Source of the DNA: Verrucomicrobiota bacterium
Lineage (GTDB): Bacteria > Verrucomicrobiota > Verrucomicrobiia > Opitutales > Seribacteraceae
DNA: 64,000 bases
Assembly: GCA_027622665.1 (NCBI GenBank)
Contig: JAQBYT010000005.1
Location: forward strand, 1 to 64,000
Reading direction: 5' to 3'
Part shown: in pieces, positions 48,246-56,417 of the stretch
How the letters are laid out: every line of letters starts with the position of its first letter
Numbering within the stretch: the first letter of the stretch is position 1
The notes under the pieces: generated by a model
Database searches by the model: none
Seen by the model: only the letters and a program-made list of their open reading frames with translations
What the model was told of the DNA's origin: nothing
Made by a program: the position numbers and the translations under genes

Positions 48246-49551
48246 TGCGAAGGATGGTCGCTGGATCTCTGTTAGCGGCTTGCAGCGCGGGCAACCATGA
48301 TGCCGCGCAAGAGAGGACGGGTACGGATAAAAGGACTAGAGGAATATCTCCCCGAAGAGACCTTAGGTCGAATTCATGAAGTGTAGCTTTGAGGGTTTCG
48401 CTTAGGAGAAAAGCGAAAAGCAGTGTCAAGCCGGCCCCAAACAATCCAACGAGAAACGCTCGCCCCATCAACGCGCCCAAGATGGAACCCGTGGAAATTC
48501 CCATGGCTCGGAGGATGCCGATTTCAGCTTGACGATCTCGAGAGTTGGCAAAGGAGAGAAAGGAAACCCAAGCCATAGCACCAAGAATGACGACAGTGAG
48601 AAGAGCCGTGTACTTTTCCTTGTCCTCGAATCTTAGCTGGGTGCGGTCAGCTTGAAGTTTGATCGCTTCGGCCTTTTTAGAAGCAATGGAACTTTGACTA
48701 TGTTTCTTCGCCTTGTTTCGAGCTTCCGCTCGGGCTAGGGCTTTGCTTTCGGTTTCGATGACTTTCGTCCCAGGTAGTATACCAGCTATTTCACGACGAA
48801 TCTCCCCGAGGCGGTCAATTGTTGCGCAATTGCATTCCAGCGCCTTGATGGCATTGATGCGTCCCTCCTCCCCAAGCAGTTCCTGACATTCGCCGAGGTG
48901 CATCCAGACGGTGATGTCGTCCTTTGTGCCTCGTTCCGGATGACACTTGTCGACGATGAATTCGCGACCCATGAATACGGTGGCGTTCCCTTCCTTCAGA
49001 TCGAGCGATCGGTGGAGTTCGTGACCGAGTACGATCCGCCCTTTCCGCACGGGGTCAATGAGTGGTTTCTTTGGATCACGGTGCGCGATTGGCACTTCGC
49101 CGCGAATACCGATTAGGATGACGGTGCGTTCCCGCTCGGGCCACTTCAACTTGCGGGTAAGACTCGGCAGGAGATGGTTGACGGTTACGATGTTGCTTTC
49201 AGCCAAGGTGGCTGCATAGGACTCGGGCATTGTCTTTGAAGCGAACCCTTCTGCGTAAACTTCGCTAAGCTCTTGTCCTTCGGGAAAGATGAAGATGTTG
49301 AAACCGAGTCCCTTCATCGTTTTGCGGACATCGTCCTCGTAGGCTTTCATCTCTTTCGTGAACTTTGCTTCCATGGCGGAGGTTTCTTCGTTCATCCTCG
49401 TTAGCATTTTCGAAGTTCGCAAGTCGTGCGCGCCAAGTAACGCGACCACTGCTACAAGTCCGGCTACACTCGTTGCTATCGTTGCCACGGCGAGTCCGAA
49501 GCTTAGCTTGCGGTGCAAAATTTCCCGGCCGATAAGTCGCCTGAGGTTCAC
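48238..49551 (-). CDS. ABC transporter permease (FtsX/MacB-like) with extracytoplasmic CxC
   Basis: N-terminal TM, large soluble domain with LECNC, EIGILRAMG, three C-terminal TMs. Confidence 0.85.
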   Translation of the reverse strand: MNLRRLIGREILHRKLSFGLAVATIATSVAGLVAVVALLGAHDLRTSKMLTRMNEETSAMEAKFTKEMKAYEDDVRKTMKGLGFNIFIFPEGQELSEVYAEGFASKTMPESYAATLAESNIVTVNHLLPSLTRKLKWPERERTVILIGIRGEVPIAHRDPKKPLIDPVRKGRIVLGHELHRSLDLKEGNATVFMGREFIVDKCHPERGTKDDITVWMHLGECQELLGEEGRINAIKALECNCATIDRLGEIRREIAGILPGTKVIETESKALARAEARNKAKKHSQSSIASKKAEAIKLQADRTQLRFEDKEKYTALLTVVILGAMAWVSFLSFANSRDRQAEIGILRAMGISTGSILGALMGRAFLVGLFGAGLTLLFAFLLSETLKATLHEFDLRSLRGDIPLVLLSVPVLSCAASWLPALQAANRDPATILRNE

Positions 49552-50756
49552 TGCTCGCGATTTTTGTTCAGTACAAAAGTGCCAATCAGCAAGATGCCCG
49601 AGACCAACACAACGGCAACGACGAGGCCGTTCGAAATGGGAGGTTCATCCGTTGCCGTCTCATGTTCGACTACCTCCGAAGAAGATGCGTTCGCCTCGGG
49701 TTCAGCACTGTTTGCTCCGGCATCATCTTTTGCGGGTTCGTTGGCCGCAATGAGATCTTCGACTCCCGTCAGCGGGGGCAGCTCCTTCTCGGCGATTACG
49801 GAGCTTCCTTCAAGGGCAGTCCACCAATCGGCTTTTACCAGTATGTCCATTCCCGGGTTTTGATTCTTAACTTGGCAAGAGCATGCGCCGCAAAGATAAC
49901 CGCAGTCGGCCAGTGCGTTTTCCTCGCTTATCCCGGCGCTGATAAGTGGGGGCAAGACACGACCTTTGCCAAATACCGGGAACAGCATCGGTTTGTCCTC
50001 CATTTCCTTGTCGAGAAGGTCGTCTTCCAAGTGCAGAAGCATTGCCCGCAATATGACTTCTTGAGGATCCTTGCGAGAGAGGCGCAAGATTGAAAAGGCG
50101 ATCTTGAGGGGAACGGAGGATTCCAGAATGTTTTCTTCGTCTCCGGGGCCGAGAAGAAGGTTTGGATCGTCAAGAGCACTTTGCTGAATAACGCCTTCAG
50201 GAACAGAAATCTCTTTTTCTGCAATCTTGGCGTATTTTTCCAGTGTTTTGAAAAGTGCTTCGTCTTCTTTCTGGTTCCCGCTTTCGAGGAAAAGCCAGAC
50301 TGCTGAATCGCCGGAAAGAATTCGTTTTACCAGTTCTCGCCGGATCGGAGAGTCCAGAATTTGGTTGATGTGATTTCTTGTGAAGTTCCCGTTCCAGATG
50401 GGATCAGCGTCCTGTTCGAAGGCTTCGAATGGGAAAAAAAGGTGAATAGAGACCGAAGCGTTTTGGTCACTGTGAAGTTTTTTCCATCGTGCAAATTGCT
50501 TTTCCTCCTTCGCCAGATCGAGAGCTTCGAAACGAAGGTTTATCATCGGGCCGTTCTGTCCGACTAAGTTTTCTTCCAAATAAGTGACGTTTGCTTGCTC
50601 CTCGCTAGTTAGGTTGCCGTCATGAACAATAACCAATTGGTAGTGATCGGGTTGCCATCGTTCCAAGGCGTAACGAAATACGGGCACCTGACAAGCTTCC
50701 GTGATCACAGCAGCAACTAGGAGAATTAAGCAAACTGTGGTTTTGCGAGCATTCAT
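49548..50756 (-). CDS. Exported Cys-rich hypothetical protein with C-terminal membrane anchor
   Basis: Signal peptide ending TEA-CQVPVFRYALERW; CGYLCGACSC; acidic linker + TM. Confidence 0.8.
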   Translation of the reverse strand: MNARKTTVCLILLVAAVITEACQVPVFRYALERWQPDHYQLVIVHDGNLTSEEQANVTYLEENLVGQNGPMINLRFEALDLAKEEKQFARWKKLHSDQNASVSIHLFFPFEAFEQDADPIWNGNFTRNHINQILDSPIRRELVKRILSGDSAVWLFLESGNQKEDEALFKTLEKYAKIAEKEISVPEGVIQQSALDDPNLLLGPGDEENILESSVPLKIAFSILRLSRKDPQEVILRAMLLHLEDDLLDKEMEDKPMLFPVFGKGRVLPPLISAGISEENALADCGYLCGACSCQVKNQNPGMDILVKADWWTALEGSSVIAEKELPPLTGVEDLIAANEPAKDDAGANSAEPEANASSSEVVEHETATDEPPISNGLVVAVVLVSGILLIGTFVLNKNREQ

Positions 50757-50877
50757 GAATTGGATGTCCACTAAAGTGTCTCGTTCGGGATTTAGGAGGT
50801 CAAGCAGATCTTCCCCAAGACGAGTTTTTCCTTACCGAGGACTCCGAATGCACAATTTCCGAAATCCCGATGGATGA

Positions 50878-50900
50878 GAGAATCATGAGAATCATTCGAT
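50878..50900. promoter_or_regulatory. Possible Fur-family operator
   Basis: GAGAATCAT twice in tandem; TGAGAATCATTCGAT matches 12/15 of the palindrome TGAGAATCATTCTCA. Confidence 0.25.
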
Positions 50901-50966
50901 TTCGGTGAGGTGAGATGAAATTTGGAGTATTGAATCTCGGTCGGAAATTAATTCAGTAAAAGCGGT

Positions 50967-51620
50967 TTACTTCGTCGGCTTTTTCTTCTTCCCCTTGATT
51001 TCCTTGGAGGATTTTCCCTCTCCCGAGGAAGCCTTCTTTGAGGATTTGGCAGCGGCGCCTAGGCTTACCTTTTTCATATGGTCGGGCTTTGTGACGGAAC
51101 CGCTGCCCGGGGCACCTCGCTTGATCTTGTCGACGAATTCCATGCCTTCCACGACCTGTCCCCATACCGTGTATTGGCCATCCAGAAAGTTGGCGTTGTC
51201 CAAACAGATGAAAAATTGGCTGTTGGCACTGTTCGGACTACTGGATCTAGCCATTGAGCAGGCACCTTTACCATGTTTGCGCTCGTTGAATTCTGCGGGG
51301 ATGTCGGGTTTGTCGGAGCCCCCCGTACCTACGCGACCTTCGTTGAGTTTTTTTATGTTGCCGAACTGTACGTCGCCAGTCTGGGCCATAAAACCATCTA
51401 TTACCCTGTGGAAGGCGACGCCGTCGTACTTTCCGGCTTTTGTTAGTTCTTTTATACGAGCAACGTGCTTGGGGGCGGTGTCGGGATACATCTCGATGAC
51501 GACTTGTCCGTCATCGAGGTCGATGAGCAAGGTGTTCTCGGGATCTATATCGGCCTTTGTTTTGGCTTCGGTCATTGTGATGGGAAGGATAAACGCGGCT
51601 ATCGCGAGTAGTTTCTTCAT
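50967..51620 (-). CDS. Cyclophilin-type peptidyl-prolyl isomerase, exported
   Basis: FHRVIDGFMAQTGD, SMAR, SQFFI, LDGQYTVWGQV. Confidence 0.95.
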   Translation of the reverse strand: MKKLLAIAAFILPITMTEAKTKADIDPENTLLIDLDDGQVVIEMYPDTAPKHVARIKELTKAGKYDGVAFHRVIDGFMAQTGDVQFGNIKKLNEGRVGTGGSDKPDIPAEFNERKHGKGACSMARSSSPNSANSQFFICLDNANFLDGQYTVWGQVVEGMEFVDKIKRGAPGSGSVTKPDHMKKVSLGAAAKSSKKASSGEGKSSKEIKGKKKKPTK

Positions 51621-51663
51621 TGTAGTTTGGGTTGATGGTTAGCGACGGAGCAAGAAGGGTTGC

Positions 51664-52644
51664 TCAACCAGGATACCAGATCTTGCGGGCATCTTCGTGA
51701 GAACGTTGATAATTCCAAGCTTTGTCTATGAGTAGTTTCAAATCAATTTTCGGCCTCCAGTCGAGAAGGAACTTGGCTTTCGAGTTATCCAGCCAAGTAC
51801 TGTGGTAGGGCGTAGGAACGTTTACCGAGGGCAGTCCACGGCTTTCCTTCAGGTGGTCGGCTACTTTGCGGTAGTGTATGGGCTCGTCCATACAGATATT
51901 GAAAAGCTGTTGGCGGGCCTTTGGATTATCGATTGCAAGCATAATAGCGGATGCGAGATCCTCGACGTGAACGAAGTTGCGCTGAACAGGTTCTCCGGCG
52001 GGGTCCAGCATTACGGGGATAGTTTGAGCTGCCTCGAAACCGGCCGCTTTTTCGGGATCAACGAGATTTCGCCAAACAGGGCCTCCGAAGATGTCGTCGC
52101 CAAAGGAAAGCGTGTGCTTGAAGTCATCTTTTTCCATGATCCATGGGGCGCGAAGACAACAACCATTAAAATCGTACTGGGTGTAGTACTGCTCCAACAT
52201 GACTTCCTCCAGTACCTTTGAGAGAGCGTAGCATCCGGGGTAAGCCGAATGTTTTTGCGTTTCGGTAACGGGATCGGGATGGGGATAGAAGAAGTGCCCC
52301 ATGCCGGCATCCCCGCCGATCAAAATAAATTGTTTGAACGATGAGCTCATCCGGCATTCCTCCAGAAGCCAAAACAATCCCTTCACCGTGACGTCCATTA
52401 CTCCTTCGGGAGTCTCTTTGCAGGTGGCCAGATGCAGGACATGCGTAACCTCTCTCAACGCTTCCGCAACCAGACTGCGATCGGCAATACTCCCACGGAT
52501 TACTTCTAGTCGAGGTGTCTCTTCGAGAAGTCGGTTATGACAAAGTGCTCGAACTTTGGCATCGGAGAATTTTTCATCTTCAAGAAAACGTCCAAGAAAA
52601 TGCGAACCCACTTTCCCCGTCGCTCCGGTAAGGAGAATTTTCAT
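51664..52644 (-). CDS. NAD-dependent epimerase/dehydratase family protein
   Basis: TGATGKVG, YALSK. Confidence 0.9.
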   Translation of the reverse strand: MKILLTGATGKVGSHFLGRFLEDEKFSDAKVRALCHNRLLEETPRLEVIRGSIADRSLVAEALREVTHVLHLATCKETPEGVMDVTVKGLFWLLEECRMSSSFKQFILIGGDAGMGHFFYPHPDPVTETQKHSAYPGCYALSKVLEEVMLEQYYTQYDFNGCCLRAPWIMEKDDFKHTLSFGDDIFGGPVWRNLVDPEKAAGFEAAQTIPVMLDPAGEPVQRNFVHVEDLASAIMLAIDNPKARQQLFNICMDEPIHYRKVADHLKESRGLPSVNVPTPYHSTWLDNSKAKFLLDWRPKIDLKLLIDKAWNYQRSHEDARKIWYPG

Positions 52645-52718
52645 AGGTGTTGAGAGAGCAAATCTACAATGCCTTCTCTGTTCAAGGAAAGAGGGCGAGA
52701 ATGAAAACGTACGCTTCC

Positions 52719-54020
52719 TTACAGCAACTCGGTAAGGGGTTGGCCTTTGTCGGCGAGTGTAAAGGGTCTTCGGGTAGGGGAGTAGACGATCTCGTCGAGA
52801 GGTAGTCCCAGGGCATAGGCGATGGTGGCGTTGAAATCGGGAATCTCGACACGTTGGTCTACGACTTCGCGACCTTCTGGGTCGGTTTTACCCCAGACTT
52901 GTCCGCCCCGGATTCCGCCACCTGCAAGCATGGATGAGAATGCTTTTGGATAATGATCGCGACCCAAGTTGGCGTTAATGTTTGGCGTACGACCAAACTC
53001 AGTTGCCAGCACCACTAGGGTTTCGTCGAGCATGCCTCGCTTATCGAGGTCACCCAGGAGCGCGGCAAGCGCTTGATCGAGGATGGCGCAACGTTCGGGC
53101 GCTCTATCGAAGTTCAGTTGGTGAGTGTCCCAACCTCCGAGTTGTACCTCCACGAAACGAACGTGCCTTTCCACCAAACGTCGTGCCAGCAGTACGCCTT
53201 GACCAAACGTTTCTTCGCCATAAGCCTCTCGCGTTTCCGCAGACTCCTTATCTATGTCGAAAGCGTCGAGGTCTCCGCTTTTCATGAGGCGCACCGCATC
53301 CGCGTACATGTCTGAATAAGCCCTTACCTTCTTCAAATTGTATTTTTCTCGGAAGCCCTTGTCGAACTGATCGGCGAGAGATAGGCGTTTCTTGAATTCT
53401 TCCTCGGTGACGCCGGGATGCATTCTGCTGTTACGGAGTCCTTCGTCGGGTTTGCCAATGGCTAAAGGTTGGTGGGAGGATGGCAGGAATCCGGCGAGCG
53501 GATGCTGACTGCCTCCGCTTACGACAACCGCTCCGGGCAAGGTGGGATTGGAACGTTCGTCAAGTCGAGTCATCCAAGCTCCCATGCTTGGGTGCCGAAT
53601 CGTCGATCTGGGGGCATAGCTGGTATGCATGAAATAATTGCCTTGTTGATGTGCTCCCTTAGTCGAGGTCATACCACGGACTACGGCGATCTTGTCCGCG
53701 TGATTAGCGAGTAGTGGAAGGTTTTCGGCAAGTTGCACTCCGTCTGCATTGGTCTTGATGGCGGTTGTGGGCCCGCCGGTTTCCGTGCCGGGTTTTGGGT
53801 CGAACGTATCGATGTGAGTCATCCCTCCGGACATGTAGAGATAGATTACGTTGCGTGCCTTTGGAGCGTGGTTAAGGGGGCGATTGAGTCCTAAGCCTGC
53901 AGCTATGGCTTGCTTCGGCATTGCCCAAGGCAGAATGCTTACACCGAGAAAGGCTTTTGCGGCTTGTGTTACGAAGCGGCGTCTGGAGAATTCGTCTGCT
54001 TGGTTTAGAATGTTTTTCAT
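52719..54020 (-). CDS. DUF1501 protein with Tat signal
   Basis: SRRRF; GGMTHIDTFDPK, GGWDTH, TEFGRTP, RDHY. Confidence 0.92.
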   Translation of the reverse strand: MKNILNQADEFSRRRFVTQAAKAFLGVSILPWAMPKQAIAAGLGLNRPLNHAPKARNVIYLYMSGGMTHIDTFDPKPGTETGGPTTAIKTNADGVQLAENLPLLANHADKIAVVRGMTSTKGAHQQGNYFMHTSYAPRSTIRHPSMGAWMTRLDERSNPTLPGAVVVSGGSQHPLAGFLPSSHQPLAIGKPDEGLRNSRMHPGVTEEEFKKRLSLADQFDKGFREKYNLKKVRAYSDMYADAVRLMKSGDLDAFDIDKESAETREAYGEETFGQGVLLARRLVERHVRFVEVQLGGWDTHQLNFDRAPERCAILDQALAALLGDLDKRGMLDETLVVLATEFGRTPNINANLGRDHYPKAFSSMLAGGGIRGGQVWGKTDPEGREVVDQRVEIPDFNATIAYALGLPLDEIVYSPTRRPFTLADKGQPLTELL

Positions 54021-54058
54021 AGTATTTGCTGGAATGGAGTTCTTATACAGTCTCGGTT

Positions 54059-56293
54059 TTATTGAATGAATGAGAACTGTCTTGTATTGAGTAAAGTCCA
54101 AGCAAGCCCTCGAATTCCTGGGTTCATGCCATATGAGCTCTTAGTTTTGGCTCTTTGGGCATAATGTTTTAATAGCTTTCGCTTTTTCTCCGTGGGAATA
54201 TTGGCGGGCATCCGCGAAGAGTGATCAGGGGTTTCATCTTTTGCCCTATCAATTTCATCGAGACAGGTTTCCTGCTCCTCTTTGGTTGGCTTTCGGTTAA
54301 GAATGGAAAGGAATAAAACGTCTACTTTATCCTTGATCGCATCAACTCGAGAAAGATCTTCGGCGAATGGTGCAGCAGGTTGTTTCAAGATAGCTTGATA
54401 AATGGAGCCATTCAGCAAACTGAGAGCTTGCGGCACGGAAGCTTCGCGACTGGCGTTTTCTATGACTTCTCTGTCCGACTGACCAAATTCTCTTAGGAAA
54501 TGACCGTTGGGTGCGGGTGATGGCATGTAGGAGGCTCTGACTAACTGTTTCGAAAAGCCTTTCCATCGATCCGTCGACGAGTCGCTTGAATTTTTACTGC
54601 TTGGCGCTCTGCCGTAAAGGGCTCCGCCATCGAAACCTTTTCCCATTATCAGGGAGGCATAGGATGCTCTTTGCTTATTGCGAAGCTGCCCGTACTCACG
54701 GCGTAAGCGGGACACGCTTTCAAGTTCGTTATTCTCCTGGGCTTCTCGCAATTTTTTTTGAATACCTAACATTTCATCGTTTGAGCTTTTGCTCATTCGC
54801 GCACCTTTTTTGGCTACCGACAGCATTTCTTTTCCTTTTAAATCATAAACTGTTTCCTCATAGGCGGAGAGTTGCTCTACCCGTGATTGGTGACGACTCA
54901 AGTCAGGCTTCCTTTCATCAACATAGGGAATCGATAAGGTGAGAAAGGAGTCCCACAACTGCTCTGCACTCATCCGTTGGAGGATAGGACCCGGGAAGTG
55001 ATAGGGTTCGCCGGATACGATTTCTTCCGTGGAAGTCTCGCGGCGAAAGGCTTTTACGTTGTAGAGGATTCGAAGGAACTGCTTGATGTCGTAGTTATGT
55101 TCGATCATCAGCTTTTCCAAGTGCGCCATTAGTTCGGGATTGGAGGGGGTCGTGTCGTCTCTAATGTCATCCACAGGTTCGATTACCCCGACCCCAAAGA
55201 CACGTTTCCAAAGACGGTTTGCAATGACTTTTGAAAAGCGTGGGTTTTCGGACGAAGTCATCCACTGGGCATAGCCTTCCACCGGATCCGTTTCCTGATC
55301 TAGTTTATCACTTTTTCCGAAAATGGGAGCTGCCGTAATTGATGCTTTTGGCTTGGCGTCTTCATATTGGTAATCGTGGGGCAGTTGCAACTTTCGGGGA
55401 TTGTGGGAGGCGCCGTATCGAAGGGGGCGCATGATCTCACTGGCGGCTTTGCGGAGCAGTTGGCCTTCCTTCGACTTGTAAGCCTTTTTTCTTTTTTCAG
55501 CATCGCTTCCCTTGAATTGGCTGAAAAAAGCGTTCTGCATTTCCTTTTGTTTCTCCCCTCCCATGCGCGCCTGAACGCCATAAGTGTAGGCAGCCATTTG
55601 GTAGTACTCCATTTGAGTCCACTTGTCGAATGGGTGGTTGTGACACTGAGCGCAAACCATTTGGGTGCCGAGGAAAACTTGTGTCGTATTGGACATGTTG
55701 TCCAAGGGCATTCCTGCGTCTCGCATGTAGTAGCCCACGGCACCATTGTTCCACGGATATCCTTTAGCCGTGATGAGCTTTCGCGCTACTTCGTCGAAAG
55801 ACATGTTTTGCCTAATGGCATCCATCATCCAAATGGCATAACTTACTCCACCGCCCACGTTGTTGGCCCCACCGCTTCTTGACGGGGATTGAATGCGAAG
55901 CAAATCCGCCCACCAATTGAAGGTATGGCTGCCATAGGCCTCGGAATTGAGAATCCGGTCGATCAAGGTGGAGTGCTTTTGTGGATCGTTGCTTTCCAGA
56001 AAACCTATGGTCTCTTGATAAGTGGGTATGCGACCCCCTACTTGAAGGTGTGCCCTGCGGACGAAAGTCGCATCATCCGCCAATGGCAAGGGTTTGACTT
56101 TATTCGTTGCGTAGCCTTTGGCCAATATGGCGTCGATCGCCTTGGCATCCTCAAGGATTTCTTTTAGCGGTCGGACCGCGTTCACTTCGGGAGCTTTTGC
56201 GTCGAGCGGAACGTATACGTTTCCAAATGCGTTTGCCACGCATGATAGCAAGCAAACAAGAATCGAGCCCATGCGGGCATTAATTATTTTCAT
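54059..56293 (-). CDS. DUF1549/DUF1553 protein
   Basis: DDATFVRR, CAQCHNHPFDKW, NRLWK..G.G..EPVDD, AEQLWDS, QALSLLN. Confidence 0.9.
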   Translation of the reverse strand: MKIINARMGSILVCLLSCVANAFGNVYVPLDAKAPEVNAVRPLKEILEDAKAIDAILAKGYATNKVKPLPLADDATFVRRAHLQVGGRIPTYQETIGFLESNDPQKHSTLIDRILNSEAYGSHTFNWWADLLRIQSPSRSGGANNVGGGVSYAIWMMDAIRQNMSFDEVARKLITAKGYPWNNGAVGYYMRDAGMPLDNMSNTTQVFLGTQMVCAQCHNHPFDKWTQMEYYQMAAYTYGVQARMGGEKQKEMQNAFFSQFKGSDAEKRKKAYKSKEGQLLRKAASEIMRPLRYGASHNPRKLQLPHDYQYEDAKPKASITAAPIFGKSDKLDQETDPVEGYAQWMTSSENPRFSKVIANRLWKRVFGVGVIEPVDDIRDDTTPSNPELMAHLEKLMIEHNYDIKQFLRILYNVKAFRRETSTEEIVSGEPYHFPGPILQRMSAEQLWDSFLTLSIPYVDERKPDLSRHQSRVEQLSAYEETVYDLKGKEMLSVAKKGARMSKSSNDEMLGIQKKLREAQENNELESVSRLRREYGQLRNKQRASYASLIMGKGFDGGALYGRAPSSKNSSDSSTDRWKGFSKQLVRASYMPSPAPNGHFLREFGQSDREVIENASREASVPQALSLLNGSIYQAILKQPAAPFAEDLSRVDAIKDKVDVLFLSILNRKPTKEEQETCLDEIDRAKDETPDHSSRMPANIPTEKKRKLLKHYAQRAKTKSSYGMNPGIRGLAWTLLNTRQFSFIQ

Positions 56294-56417
56294 TTTGCAG
56301 AAGGATATCAATTTATCATTATAAACTATGTTTCTCGCACAAAGTTTCAACAATGTTTCCGCATTCACTCCCAAATTGAATTTTTATGGAATTTCACCCG
56401 AGTAGACGCTGTTCTAC

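Noticed and set aside
50995..51642. 215-aa plus-strand ORF
   Set aside because: Antisense shadow of the cyclophilin gene; no motifs
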